Shown: positions 20,674 to 31,304, counted from the first letter of the stretch. The stretch is DNA of 64,000 bases from an uncultured Acidobacteriota bacterium (GCA_963779005.1 CAVZWO010000006.1:362125-426124); one strand, 5' to 3'. Program-made: numbers and translations. Notes: generated from the letters alone by a model not told the origin.

Positions 20674-21597
20674 ATGAAACGACTCATCGGCGGTTTGGTG
20701 GGTGCGATGGCGCTACTGGTGTCGGCACGGGGAATCCGCGCTCAGGATCAACTCGTGCCGGCCGGTACGCTGCTGCAATGTACCTTGAACGAGCCGAACT
20801 TTTCTTCGGCCACAGCCGCAATTGGCGATCCGGTGCTGTGCCACTTAAAAACCATGCAGGAGTTCGGCAAGCCGCTCTTTCCGAGAGGCAGCATGCTCGG
20901 CGGACATCTCGAAGCCGACAAGGAACCGGGACATTTCGTCGGGAAAGGCTACATGAGGATCACGTTTGACCGCATCATCCTGCCGAGCGGCGATCTGCCC
21001 GTCCCGGCTAAGGTGATCATGGCGCGCGGCTACAAGGTGGACAAGGATGGGGACATCGATGGCAGGGGTCACGCGAAACGGGATGTAGTGGAGTGGATGT
21101 TTCCCCCGCTGTGGCCCTGGAAGGTAGTCAGTCTGCCGTTCCGTGGTCCACGGCCGACATTGAAGGGCGAAGAGCCGCTGCAGCTTCGCCTGATGGACGA
21201 CATTGTCCTGCCGCAAGCCCTGCTCCATCCCGACCGCCCGCCGTACGCCTCCGGACGCCAAAGCTCCTACAACGTGACGCCGCAGAGGAACGCGATGCAG
21301 CCGGCCGTGCAGCAATCGGTGAGCGTTGCGGCGGCAAACCCTGCGCCGCTGCAAATCCTGGTGCCGCAGCCTGGCGAGACGAAAACGTTTGAACGCATCA
21401 CCATTCTGGCCCTCAAGTCCAGCGAAACCTACGAGGTCACCCGGTATCAAAGAGACGGCGACCTGTTGATGTTCCAGGACGCGCAAGGCCGCAAAGGAGG
21501 CGTGGACGTCAGTGAAGTCGACTGGCGCAAAACCTCTGAAATGACGACGGCGGCGCGGTCTGCCGACAAACTGCAGCTTTCGCGCCAGACGAATTGA
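20674..21597 (+). CDS. Secreted protein with a TrbI/VirB10-like beta domain
   Basis: GGAGG RBS, signal peptide; VPAGTLLQCTL..SS.TA.IGDPV, GSMLGGHL, GYMRITFDRII pattern. Confidence 0.65.
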   Translation: MKRLIGGLVGAMALLVSARGIRAQDQLVPAGTLLQCTLNEPNFSSATAAIGDPVLCHLKTMQEFGKPLFPRGSMLGGHLEADKEPGHFVGKGYMRITFDRIILPSGDLPVPAKVIMARGYKVDKDGDIDGRGHAKRDVVEWMFPPLWPWKVVSLPFRGPRPTLKGEEPLQLRLMDDIVLPQALLHPDRPPYASGRQSSYNVTPQRNAMQPAVQQSVSVAAANPAPLQILVPQPGETKTFERITILALKSSETYEVTRYQRDGDLLMFQDAQGRKGGVDVSEVDWRKTSEMTTAARSADKLQLSRQTN

Positions 21598-21849
21598 TCG
21601 GCAACTCGCAGGAAGCTTAGTCCTCTTTGGCCCCCACTGGCGCAGCCGGCGCCAGCCAATGCAGGTGTGTGGAAGCAGGATCGAACTTCGAGGAGCGTGG
21701 CCAGCCTCCGCCGCGCTCACCGAATTGTGCGTGCATCTGACCGCAAACCCACAGCGGGTGCCCCAGGTGCCGCCGGTCGCACCGGGGCTCTTTTCCGAGT
21801 TCAGTCCTTTCACTTCACGCCCACTCACTCCTCGACTGGATGGTGACAA

Positions 21850-22242
21850 TTACAAGAATTGATGTGGAGGAAGAATCTCAATGCCCTGGAAGGGATTTAG
21901 CGCGAGAAGGTCTTCGTCGCCAGTGACAATGTGGGTCGCGCGCCCGCTCGCGGCAAGTTCGAGGAATTTATCGTCCTTCGGATCGCGGCAAGCCGCAATT
22001 CGTACATCCACCTCAACCCATTCCGCCTCGCGCGTCAGAGCCGCCAAAAAGCTTCGAACATCTTCCTCATCTATGTATCGAAGGAATTTTTTGCGGCCGA
22101 GGACTTCATAAAGTTCGGCGAGCGTCGCAAAAGAGAGCAGGACTCTTCCTTTTTGGAGCGCCAGTTCGAGGGCATGACGAGGCTTCGAATCGGGCAAAAG
22201 CAACGCACTGACCAAAACGTTTGTGTCGAAGACGCAACGCAA
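21850..22242 (-). CDS. PIN-domain toxin (PIN_3 type)
   Basis: VFDTNVLVSAL, CRDPKDDKFLELA, IVTGDEDLL; starts immediately after the antitoxin stop. Confidence 0.92.
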   Translation of the reverse strand: MRCVFDTNVLVSALLLPDSKPRHALELALQKGRVLLSFATLAELYEVLGRKKFLRYIDEEDVRSFLAALTREAEWVEVDVRIAACRDPKDDKFLELAASGRATHIVTGDEDLLALNPFQGIEILPPHQFL

Positions 22243-22473
22243 CTACACGCCCTTGAGAAGAGAATCCAAAATCTCCGGTGTAAGCCCGCGGTCCTTGGCT
22301 TTGCGGCCGGCCTCATCCAGCACTTTTTGCAGCGAGGGATATTCCCCGGCAGCCAACTCTCGAAGCCAAAGGCTAAGCAGTGCCTGAATCTTCCGCTTCT
22401 GCTCTGGCCCGGCAGAGTCGTAAGCCCTCGCCGTTTGCGGGTCCAGCGGAATGGTGATGGAAGGATTCGCCAT
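22243..22473 (-). CDS. Putative antitoxin for the PIN toxin
   Basis: 76 aa directly upstream of the toxin; C-terminal A..RGLTPEILDSLL typical of such antitoxins. Confidence 0.75.
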   Translation of the reverse strand: MANPSITIPLDPQTARAYDSAGPEQKRKIQALLSLWLRELAAGEYPSLQKVLDEAGRKAKDRGLTPEILDSLLKGV

Positions 22474-22633
22474 TGTCTTACTCTTCCCCAATTCTACGGC
22501 AAAAACTCACCAGTCTCCACTCCTTACTCGCGGGCAGAGTGCTGCCCGTCCCATTCTCCTTGTCGGTAAGCCGCTGGAGAATTGGCCGCAAAAAACGAGG
22601 CCGACCGACTGGCCAAGGCTTTCGCTCCGTCAG

Positions 22634-23602
22634 CTATTGCGGCTTCGGAAGCTGCAACATCATCGCGTTGCTTTGTCCGGTCTCGACCGTCGGTAACTGG
22701 CCGTTCCATTTATCGATCAGTGCGCGGCTGTTTTCGATGCGGCGCAATTCCAGAAGCTGCGGCGTCAGCGAATTCTGCCGGATGCGGTTGGCATCGGCCT
22801 CGCCTTGCGCGCGCGTTACCAGAGACTTGGCGTCGCCCTCGGCTTCGGCGATTTTCTTGGCGGCTTCCGCTTGCGTCGTTTGCAGTTCGTTTCTGGCTTG
22901 CTCCGCCTTTTGAATGGCCTGCGCTTTCGCCGTAATTGCCGCCGCGATTACACTCGGCACTCGCGGCGCTCCGATAAACCCGAACTGCTGCACGACCACG
23001 CCCACAGGCGACATCTTCTGCTCGATCTGCGTCTGCACCTTCCGCAGAAACTCAGCCTTCTTCTCGCCATAAATATCTTCCACCACATACGTGGACGCCA
23101 CCTCGTTCAGCGAGTTCCTCACCACATCGCGCAAAATCCCGTGGGTAAACATATCCATGTCCGACACGCGGTACTTCACGTAGAAGTCCGGTACTTTCGT
23201 GGCTTCAATCGCGTACGAAAGCGAGACATCCACGAAAATTTCCATGCCTTCCTTCGAGTTGAAGCCCATCTCTTCGTTGACGGGATGCCCTTCGTTCACG
23301 TCTTTCGTCCATTTCACTGTCTGCACGTACGTGGGGAACTCAATGATCTCCGTGCTCAACGGGGAATAGACCACCCACCCCGTGCGCACCGGTATCTCGG
23401 ACGCGCCGCGCTGATTGCCCGCAAGGTTGATCTGTACCCCCACGTGTCCCGGCTCGATGCGCGTGACGCGAATCAGAAACAGTCCCAGCAGCAGCACCAC
23501 AAGCAGCGCTCCAATGGCAATGACACCTAGCTTCAAAAACGGAGCCGCCCGCTTCATCTCAAACTCGGCGTCGTCCCGCCCGCCTTTTCTAAACATGTCC
23601 AT
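22634..23602 (-). CDS. SPFH/band-7 (prohibitin-like) membrane protein
   Basis: One TM, IEPGHVGV, SKEG..I.VDVSLSY, coiled-coil AQAEA..KIAEAEG.A, LTPQLL; GGAGG RBS. Confidence 0.9.
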   Translation of the reverse strand: MDMFRKGGRDDAEFEMKRAAPFLKLGVIAIGALLVVLLLGLFLIRVTRIEPGHVGVQINLAGNQRGASEIPVRTGWVVYSPLSTEIIEFPTYVQTVKWTKDVNEGHPVNEEMGFNSKEGMEIFVDVSLSYAIEATKVPDFYVKYRVSDMDMFTHGILRDVVRNSLNEVASTYVVEDIYGEKKAEFLRKVQTQIEQKMSPVGVVVQQFGFIGAPRVPSVIAAAITAKAQAIQKAEQARNELQTTQAEAAKKIAEAEGDAKSLVTRAQGEADANRIRQNSLTPQLLELRRIENSRALIDKWNGQLPTVETGQSNAMMLQLPKPQ

Positions 23603-23848
23603 ACTCGTATTTCCTCCGCAAGAATCAGCATTTGATCAGTGGCGCCAGCATGTCACCAACCACGTTAGGAAGTCATGATGCTCTAACTCGCAGATAATAA
23701 GTAGGTTTTTAGCGCAATCCCGTTTCGATTGATAAAAGAAAACAATCGTTTGTGCTACTTGCTAGGTAATCTTGCGGCTTTTCCGAACTTACAAGATCGC
23801 TCGCACGTGTTGATTCCCAGTCCCCGGCGCAATCTTCGAGACCGCATC

Positions 23849-23873
23849 GGGGCGCAGCATGCTGCGCCCCTAC
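23849..23873. repeat. GTAG-type REP-like palindrome downstream of deoB
   Basis: GGGGCGCAGCATGCTGCGCCCC-TAC (22-bp perfect palindrome). Confidence 0.8.
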
Positions 23874-23902
23874 AAGCAAGGTGTGTGCAATGCGGGGACC
23901 AA

Positions 23903-25102
23903 TCAACGTGCAGACGAGGCTGCCGATTGGCTAATTTCGCGAAGGAAACTCTTGCCGTGCGGAATCGTGCCGCCAAAATTCTCCGCAATGGTTTGTCCCA
24001 TATCCGCCAAGGTGGAGCGCACGCCAAGATTTACACCGGCACCGCTCGCCGCGGAATAGGCCAGAATCGGGACATATTCGCGCGAATGGTCGGTCGTGGC
24101 CCAGCGGGGATCGGGATCGCAGCCGTGGTCGGCGGTAATCATCAGCAAGTCCGAAGCACTCAAGAGTTTCAGGAAGGGGCCCAGCATGCGGTCAAATTCT
24201 TCAAGAGACTCCGCAAATCCTTCGACATCTTTTCGGTGGCCGTAGAGCATATCGAAATCGACGAGATTGCAGAAAATCAAACCGTTTTTTCTTTCCTGCA
24301 AAGCTCCGGCCAGCTTGGCCATGCCATCGGCGTTCCCGGTTGTTGTGACGTACTTCTCGACGCCGCGCCCGTTGTAAATGTCATGAATTTTGCCGATTCC
24401 AAAGACCGGCACGCCGCGCTCCGCGAGCATATCCAGCAACATGGGTTTGGGCGGATCGACGGCGTAGTCATGCCGCCGTGTCGTGCGGGCGAAATGTCCG
24501 CTCGCGCCCGCAAACGGCCGGGCGATCACGCGGCCCACGCGATTCGGTCCATCGAGCAATTTCCGCGCAATCTCGCACGTGCGGTAAAGCTCGGCGATCG
24601 GAATCACATCTTCATGCGCGGCTATCTGAAACACGCTGTCGCCCGAGGTGTAGACAATGGGCTTGCCCGTGCGCACATGCTCTTCGCCAAGTTCCTTGAT
24701 GATCTCCGTGCCCGAGGCAGGTTTGTTTCCGAGGGTTCCGCGTCCGATCTGTTTTTCAAATTCAGCGATAAGTTCTCTTGGAAAACCGTGTGGATAGGTT
24801 GGGAAGGCCTGCTCCAACCAAACGCCTGCCATCTCCCAATGTCCCGTAGTCGTATCTTTTCCAGGTGAATGCGTGATGCCTTTGCCATAAGCGCCTGTCG
24901 GCGCGGCCGCAGGGGCGAGATGCGCAAGCGGGGCAATATTCGCAAGCCCCAGCTGAACTAAATTCGGCAACCGCAGCGGCCGCGACTCCGCGATATGGCC
25001 CAGAGTCGTTCGCCCAACGTCGCCATAATCCGCGGCATCCGGCAACTCGCCGATGCCCACGCTATCCAGGACAATCCAGATCACTCGTTGGAATTTCGAC
25101 AT
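23903..25102 (-). CDS. deoB: Phosphopentomutase
   Basis: [74 protein letters not shown]. Confidence 0.97.
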   Translation of the reverse strand: MSKFQRVIWIVLDSVGIGELPDAADYGDVGRTTLGHIAESRPLRLPNLVQLGLANIAPLAHLAPAAAPTGAYGKGITHSPGKDTTTGHWEMAGVWLEQAFPTYPHGFPRELIAEFEKQIGRGTLGNKPASGTEIIKELGEEHVRTGKPIVYTSGDSVFQIAAHEDVIPIAELYRTCEIARKLLDGPNRVGRVIARPFAGASGHFARTTRRHDYAVDPPKPMLLDMLAERGVPVFGIGKIHDIYNGRGVEKYVTTTGNADGMAKLAGALQERKNGLIFCNLVDFDMLYGHRKDVEGFAESLEEFDRMLGPFLKLLSASDLLMITADHGCDPDPRWATTDHSREYVPILAYSAASGAGVNLGVRSTLADMGQTIAENFGGTIPHGKSFLREISQSAASSAR

Positions 25103-25266
25103 CGCCGATCCCCGTTCTCGCCTTCCGTGACGGATTATTGCGAATTGCCATACGCTCTACCCTTCGGCGCACTCTAGCACAATCGCGCGGTCGTTCCGCG
25201 CCTTGCCGTTGACCATCTCCGGTGGTCTCAGTATCCTCCCGAAAGAACGGCGTTCTTGTGAACCCC

Positions 25267-25292
25267 TGAACTTTTTTGCGTAACGCTGCGTA
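25267..25292 (+). promoter_or_regulatory. Putative ECF-sigma promoter
   Basis: TGAAC-N17-CGTA about 22 nt before the start of an envelope-stress-type gene; resembles ECF -35 AAC / -10 CGT consensus. Confidence 0.45.
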
Positions 25293-25314
25293 TTAAAGAG
25301 TGAAGAGGTGTGCG

Positions 25315-26268
25315 ATGGCTCAAAATGTCCCTCCCCGGAGCGTTTCGCTCGTTTTTCCGATTTTGCTCATCGCGATTGGCGGGATCATTCTGTACAGCAA
25401 CTGGCAGCCTGCCTTCGATCCCTGGCCCATCTTCTGGACGTACTGGCCGCTCATCCTCATCTTTATCGGGGCGGGGAAAATTTATGACAGCTGGCAGCGC
25501 CGGAAGAATCCTGACGCGGCAACGGGAGGTTCGTCGATCGGAAGCTCCATCGGAGCCATACTCTTTGTGCTTGTACTTCTGGCTCTTCTCGTTAGCGGAA
25601 GAAGGTTCAATCGCTGGCGCGGAGGCACGGTCTACGCCATGCAGCACCAGTCGCGCACCGTGGATCGCGGCGACGTAAAAAACGTGCGGGCTACGCTTGA
25701 AATGGGAGCAGGAGATATAAACCTAAGCGGCGGTGCGAGTCATCTTCTCGAAGCGGATTTTGACTATCGCTCTTCCTCGGGCACACCCAAGGTGGATTAT
25801 TCCATCTCGGGAACCACCGGCGATCTGCGCATCTCGCAGGACGACAACGACAGCCATATCCGCACAAGCTCCGACAATCACTGGACGCTGCACCTGGCCA
25901 ATGACATTCCGCTCGAAATCAAAATCGACATGGGCGCCGGGCGGGGCAACTTGCGCCTGCGTGATATAGACGTGAGTCGCCTCAATCTGGACATGGGCGC
26001 GGGACAGGTGGATGTCGATCTCACAGGCGATCGCAAATCCGACCTGACCGCGGATATTGAAGGCGGCGTGGGTGAAGCAAACATCCGGCTGCCGAAGAAC
26101 GTCGGCGTCATCGTGCACGCGAGCGGCGGCCTCGGCACGATCGACGCCGGCGGGTTGAAGCACGACGGCGACGAGTACACCAACGAAATGTATGGCAAAT
26201 CTCCGGTGACGATCCACCTCAAGGTGGAAGGCGGCGTTGGCCGCATTGTTCTCAGCGAAGAGCAGTAG
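25315..26268 (+). CDS. LiaF-like cell-envelope stress protein (LiaI/LiaF TM region + toast-rack domain)
   Basis: P.LLIAIG...YWPLILIFIG TM motifs; repeated MGAG.. / GGVG.. beta-solenoid motifs. Confidence 0.8.
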   Translation: MAQNVPPRSVSLVFPILLIAIGGIILYSNWQPAFDPWPIFWTYWPLILIFIGAGKIYDSWQRRKNPDAATGGSSIGSSIGAILFVLVLLALLVSGRRFNRWRGGTVYAMQHQSRTVDRGDVKNVRATLEMGAGDINLSGGASHLLEADFDYRSSSGTPKVDYSISGTTGDLRISQDDNDSHIRTSSDNHWTLHLANDIPLEIKIDMGAGRGNLRLRDIDVSRLNLDMGAGQVDVDLTGDRKSDLTADIEGGVGEANIRLPKNVGVIVHASGGLGTIDAGGLKHDGDEYTNEMYGKSPVTIHLKVEGGVGRIVLSEEQ

Positions 26269-26424
26269 CTCCGCGGAAGACCGTTCCTTGGAAAACCGTT
26301 CCGTAGAACACGCGCGAGCCCGCGCCAGAGTGGGACGAACGAAGCGCGTTTGCTCCCGTTATGCCGCGGCCGTATAATTAAAAGTTTAGGCAGCGCTCTC
26401 GATTCGCGCTGTCTGAGCTTCCCC

Positions 26425-29397
26425 TTGGCTACCAAAGAACTCACACCCGCGCTCAGCGAACAAGAGGCCATACGCGTCCGCGGAGCCCGCGTTCATAATC
26501 TGCGCAACATCACGGTCGAAATTCCACACAACGCCATCACAGTGGTTACTGGAGTCAGCGGTTCGGGAAAGTCATCGCTAGCGTTTGACACGGTGTACGC
26601 CGAAGGGCAACGGCGTTATGTCGAGTCGCTCTCCTCGTACGCACGCCAGTTTCTCGAGCGCATGGAAAAGCCGAATGTCGACGAGATTTCCGGGATTGCC
26701 CCGGCTGTGGCCATCCGCCAGAAAAACTCCACGCGCAATCCGCGTTCGACGGTGGCTACTTCGACGGAGATTTACGACTATTTGCGTTTGTTGTTTGCGC
26801 GTTGCGGGCAGACGTTTTGCATCAAGTGCGGGGCGGAAGTGCGGCGGGACAGTCCCGATGAAATCGCGACGCGAGTTCTTTCGCTGGCCGCCGGGCGCCG
26901 ATTTTACATGCTGTATCCGCTGCGCATCGCTGCGCCGCAAGGCGCGACCGGCCCGGCGCGCCGCGTTCCCAAGAAAAAAACGCCCGCGCCGCCGGGGGAA
27001 TTGCTGAAGCAAGCGCTGGGCGACATGCAGAAGCGCGGCTTCAACCGCTTGTATCAGAACGGCCGCGTCCACGAATTTTCCTCGCCGGAGACTCTTCTGG
27101 ATGTGGATTTTTCGAAGCCCGTGTACGTATTGGTGGACCGCCTTTCGGTCAGTCCCGAATCGCGTTCGCGCCTGACGGACTCCATCGAAATCTGTTATCG
27201 CGAAGGCGGCGGGGAAGCGATCCTGGAATTTATCGCTGAATCAGCGGGGAATCACGCGGAGCGTCTGACGTTCAACGAGCGCTTTGAATGCAAGAACGAC
27301 GGAACGCTGTATCAAGAGCCGGAGCCGCGGCTTTTTTCGTTCAACAATCCCTACGGCGCATGCCCGCGCTGCCAGGGCTTCGGAAACACGATTGATTTCG
27401 ACCTGAATCTGGTCGTTCCCGATGGCGGCAAGACGCTCGATGAGGGCGCGATCGAGCCGTGGACCAAGCCGCGTTATCGCGCGCTTTTGCAGGACGTGAA
27501 AAAATGGGCGCGTGGCCGGGGGATTCCACTCAACGTGCCGTGGCGACAGCTCACAGTGGAGCAGCGCCGCCTGGTGCTGGAAGGCGATCCCGAGAACGAG
27601 TTTGAAGGTGTAAAGGGATTTTTCAACTGGCTGGAGCGGAAAAAATACAAACTTCACGTACGTGTTTTTTTGAGCCGCTACCGCGGTTATGCCACGTGCC
27701 CCGACTGCGGAGGCACTCGCCTGCGCGCAGAGGCCCGCGCGGTGCGCGTGGCGGGACGCGCGATTACCGAGCTCTGCAAACTGACGGTGAAAGAGGCGCG
27801 CGTTTTCTTTTCAACGCTCGTGCTTTCCGAAGCGCAAACGAAAGTCGCCGAGAAAATCCTGGAAGAGATTCGCACGCGGCTGCAATTTCTAGACGAAGTG
27901 GGGCTGGACTACCTCACGCTGGATCGGCTCACTTCCACACTCTCTGGCGGAGAATCGCAGCGCATTCAGCTTGCCACTTCGCTAGGCTCGCATTTGGTGG
28001 GCGCGCTGTACGTTCTCGATGAACCATCCATCGGCCTGCACCCGCGCGACACGCAACGCCTGATCGACATTCTCAAATCGCTTCGAGACCTCGGGAACAC
28101 GGTTCTCGTGGTCGAGCACGATCCCGACACCATTCGGGCCGCCGATCGCGTCATCGATCTCGGGCCAGGCGCGGGCGAACTTGGCGGCAAACTTCTTTTT
28201 GCCGGGACTTACGAAGGAATGCTTGCCGATCCCAAATCTTTGACGGGCCGCTACCTCAGCGGAGAACTCGCCATCCCTGTGCCGAACAATCGACACAAGC
28301 CCACCGGCAAATTTCTCCGGCTGTATGGCGCGACGCTTCACAATTTGCAGAATGTCGACCTGATGATTCCGTTCGGCACTCTGACAGTGGTTACCGGCGT
28401 CAGCGGCTCGGGGAAATCCACGCTCATTCACGATGTTCTTTATCGCGCGCTCGCCGCAAAACGCACGGGTGGCAGCGTCAAAGAATTTTGTGACCGGTTG
28501 GAAGGGGACGCGGATATTCGCGAAGTAGTGATCGTGGACCAGTCGCCCATCGGGCGCACGCCGCGGTCGAATCCGGCAACGTATCTGAAGGCGTTCGACG
28601 CGATTCGTGAAGTGTTTGCGGCTACGCCGGACGCCAAGCGGCGCGGGTTCACGGCTGGGCATTTTTCGTTCAATGTTCCGGGCGGCCGCTGCGAAACTTG
28701 CCAGGGCGACGGCACCGTCACCGTCGAGATGCAATTCCTCGCGGACGTCGAGCTGGTGTGCGAAGAGTGCCGAGGCACGCGATTCAAGACCAGCGTGCTT
28801 GAGGTTCGCTATCGTGGCAAGAATGTGCACGAAGTTCTCGAACTGACGGCGCGCGAGGCTCTCGCGTTTTTCACCGGCGTTCCCAAAGTTGTCTCCAAGC
28901 TGCGCATTTTGAATGAAATTGGGCTTGGCTATTTGCGCCTCGGGCAGTCCGCCACCACGCTTTCCGGCGGTGAGGCGCAGCGGCTGAAGCTCGCGGCGCA
29001 CCTGGCGCGCACCGAAAACCAGGGCATTCTCTATATCCTCGATGAGCCTACGACCGGACTGCATTTCGACGACATCGCGAAACTTCTCTCGGCGTTCCGC
29101 AAGCTCCTCGAGTCAGGAGCGTCGCTGCTCGTCATCGAGCACAATCTCGACGTCATCAAATCGGCCGACTGGCTGATTGACCTTGGCCCCGAAGGCGGCG
29201 ATCAAGGCGGTAAAATTATCGCCACCGGCACTCCCGAACAAGTGGCGCGCAATCAGCACTCGCACACGGGCCGCTTCCTGGCCCGCGTGCTCAGCGCGAA
29301 CGGGCAGGCAAAGCGCTCCGTGAATGGAGCATCCAAGTCCGTAGCGCCTTCGGGTGCAATCGCGAATGGCGCAGGAAATCCTCCGCCCGAACAATGA
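26425..29397 (+). CDS. uvrA: Excinuclease ABC subunit A
   Basis: Two Walker A (GVSGSGKSS, GVSGSGKST), two LSGGE signatures, zinc fingers, RSNPATY; start approximate (TTG 26425, ORF track 26350). Confidence 0.97.
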   Translation: MATKELTPALSEQEAIRVRGARVHNLRNITVEIPHNAITVVTGVSGSGKSSLAFDTVYAEGQRRYVESLSSYARQFLERMEKPNVDEISGIAPAVAIRQKNSTRNPRSTVATSTEIYDYLRLLFARCGQTFCIKCGAEVRRDSPDEIATRVLSLAAGRRFYMLYPLRIAAPQGATGPARRVPKKKTPAPPGELLKQALGDMQKRGFNRLYQNGRVHEFSSPETLLDVDFSKPVYVLVDRLSVSPESRSRLTDSIEICYREGGGEAILEFIAESAGNHAERLTFNERFECKNDGTLYQEPEPRLFSFNNPYGACPRCQGFGNTIDFDLNLVVPDGGKTLDEGAIEPWTKPRYRALLQDVKKWARGRGIPLNVPWRQLTVEQRRLVLEGDPENEFEGVKGFFNWLERKKYKLHVRVFLSRYRGYATCPDCGGTRLRAEARAVRVAGRAITELCKLTVKEARVFFSTLVLSEAQTKVAEKILEEIRTRLQFLDEVGLDYLTLDRLTSTLSGGESQRIQLATSLGSHLVGALYVLDEPSIGLHPRDTQRLIDILKSLRDLGNTVLVVEHDPDTIRAADRVIDLGPGAGELGGKLLFAGTYEGMLADPKSLTGRYLSGELAIPVPNNRHKPTGKFLRLYGATLHNLQNVDLMIPFGTLTVVTGVSGSGKSTLIHDVLYRALAAKRTGGSVKEFCDRLEGDADIREVVIVDQSPIGRTPRSNPATYLKAFDAIREVFAATPDAKRRGFTAGHFSFNVPGGRCETCQGDGTVTVEMQFLADVELVCEECRGTRFKTSVLEVRYRGKNVHEVLELTAREALAFFTGVPKVVSKLRILNEIGLGYLRLGQSATTLSGGEAQRLKLAAHLARTENQGILYILDEPTTGLHFDDIAKLLSAFRKLLESGASLLVIEHNLDVIKSADWLIDLGPEGGDQGGKIIATGTPEQVARNQHSHTGRFLARVLSANGQAKRSVNGASKSVAPSGAIANGAGNPPPEQ

Positions 29398-29404
29398 AGC
29401 TCGC

Positions 29405-30757
29405 ATGAAGCTCGCAACATTTTCCAGTTGGCCCGCGGTCCTAATTCTCTTTGTAGTGGCGCAGCTTGCTGCGCCTCTTGCAGCCACGGCCTACCCTTGC
29501 GATGCGCAGTCCCCAACCCAAAAATCCAGCCAACCACAATCTTCGCGCACGCAAAAACTGTCCAATCCGCTGAACGATCTGCTCGACGAAGCGCAACGCG
29601 ATATCGACAACAGCCAATTCGAAGCTGCCGTGGTTCCGCTGCAGAAATTCATCGCGGAAAAACCTGAGATTGCCTGGGCTCACTTCCAACTTGCCTACGC
29701 GTACACCGCGCTGAAACGTCCAGATGAAGCGCGAGCCGAATATGAAAGGGCAACGGCGCTGGACCCCAAAATGTCGGAGGCTTACTTGAATCTGGGAATT
29801 CTGCTGACGGAGAAAGATCCCGCCGCCGCGGTTGCGCCGTTACGTCGAGCCGTCGATCTGCTTCCCGCGCAAAGCCGGCCTCGCTTTCTCCTGGGACTCG
29901 CGCAAGAGCGTTCCGGCGACGTGCCCGGCGCGGTTGTTTCCTACGAAGCCTCGCTTCGGCTCGATCCGCGCGACACCGAAACGGTCATCCACCTTGGCAA
30001 TCTCTACGTAGGTCTGAAGCGGTATGCGGACGCTGAATCGAAGTTCCGCGCAGCTCTGGAGAGCGAGCCAAAATCCCCGCCAGCGCTCCTTGGGCTGGCC
30101 GAAACCCTTGACGCACAAAAAAAGCCCGAAGCCGCGGATGCTTATCGTGACTACTTGTCGGCCAATCCGGACAATTCCGCGGCGCGCGCGCGTTTGATTC
30201 ATTGGCTGCTCGATCAGAAACAGTATGACGGGGCGCTCGCCGAACTCGACCGCGCCGAAGCGGGAAAAGCTCCGACGCTAGATTCGCTGCGTTCGCGAGC
30301 CGATATCCAGATCGCGCAGAAAAAATGGGACGATTCCATCGTCACGCTTCGCAAAGCCATCGCGATGTCTCCCAACGACGCGCAGCTTCACGGCGGCCTC
30401 GGACGCGTATACATGCAGAAGCGGGATTTTCCCGACGCCGAAAAAGAGATCAAGGCCGCCCTGCAACTGGATCGCAACAATCTCGCGTACTGGAAGGATC
30501 TGAGCTCGACGTACTATCTCGGCGGAAATTTTCCGGCCACCATCTCCACGCTCGACCTGATTGCGAAGGCGGAAACCCCTGGACCTGGCGAGTGGTTTAT
30601 CCGCGCTCTCTGCTACGATAAACTGAACCAGCCCAAGCCTGCGCTCGAAGCTTACGAGAAGTTTCTCGAGCTCGACCAGGACAAGAATCCCGACCAGGTC
30701 TGGCAAGCGCAGCAGCGCAGCAAAGTCTTGCGCCGCATGCTGGATCAGAAAAGGTAG
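29405..30757 (+). CDS. Exported TPR-repeat protein
   Basis: Signal-like N-terminus; many TPR units (AHFQLAYAY..L, AYLNLGILL, LHGGLGRVY). Confidence 0.88.
   Translation: MKLATFSSWPAVLILFVVAQLAAPLAATAYPCDAQSPTQKSSQPQSSRTQKLSNPLNDLLDEAQRDIDNSQFEAAVVPLQKFIAEKPEIAWAHFQLAYAYTALKRPDEARAEYERATALDPKMSEAYLNLGILLTEKDPAAAVAPLRRAVDLLPAQSRPRFLLGLAQERSGDVPGAVVSYEASLRLDPRDTETVIHLGNLYVGLKRYADAESKFRAALESEPKSPPALLGLAETLDAQKKPEAADAYRDYLSANPDNSAARARLIHWLLDQKQYDGALAELDRAEAGKAPTLDSLRSRADIQIAQKKWDDSIVTLRKAIAMSPNDAQLHGGLGRVYMQKRDFPDAEKEIKAALQLDRNNLAYWKDLSSTYYLGGNFPATISTLDLIAKAETPGPGEWFIRALCYDKLNQPKPALEAYEKFLELDQDKNPDQVWQAQQRSKVLRRMLDQKR
29453..29475 (+). repeat. REP-like palindrome inside the TPR gene signal-peptide region
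   Basis: GTAGTGGCGCAGCTTGCTGCGCC; near-identical core to the intergenic copies at 2403-2427 and 59320-59351. Confidence 0.6.
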
Positions 30758-30761
30758 CCCC

Positions 30762-31304
30762 ATGAGGCCGCGCGTGGCGCAACGCGTCGCATTGCCAATC
30801 CTGATGAGCGGTTTATGCGTATGGGGTAGCGCTGCGGCCGCGGACAAGCTCAGCGAGCTTCAAGCGCGCTTCGACAGTGAAACGAACGGGGTGCATAAGG
30901 CAAAAATGCTGCAGAAGCTTGGCGACGCCGAATTCGAGGAGGCCAGCCGCGCCGGTAAAGCGGATGACTACAACACCGTGGGCCTGCTGATGGAAAAATA
31001 CAGAGACAATGTACGCGCCGCGGCGCAGGTCCTGGAGAAGGAAAATCCCGATGGCGAGCGCCATCCCGGCGGCTACAAGCAGCTGGAAATGCATGTGCAG
31101 AAGGGTTTGCGCGAAGTGGACGAAATCCTGGTCGTTGCTCCGACGGAATACAAGCCGCCGCTGCAACTTGTACGGAATGACCTCATAAGTCTGGACGACG
31201 AGCTGCTGCGATTTCTCTTTCCGCGGCGCCATGAGAAGAAGCCGCCGGCTCCCGCTCCCGCGGCTCCGCCAGCGACTCCTCCCGACCAGGAAGTGCATTC
31301 ATGA
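30762..31304 (+). CDS. Secreted helical hypothetical protein
   Basis: Signal peptide ..AAAA-DK; co-directional in the uvrA-TPR cluster; overlaps the next gene by ATGA. Confidence 0.75.
   Translation: MRPRVAQRVALPILMSGLCVWGSAAAADKLSELQARFDSETNGVHKAKMLQKLGDAEFEEASRAGKADDYNTVGLLMEKYRDNVRAAAQVLEKENPDGERHPGGYKQLEMHVQKGLREVDEILVVAPTEYKPPLQLVRNDLISLDDELLRFLFPRRHEKKPPAPAPAAPPATPPDQEVHS

Noticed and set aside
20674-21597. TrbI/VirB10-like domain as a conjugation system
   Set aside because: No other T4SS, relaxase or coupling genes; stand-alone proteins of this type are common.
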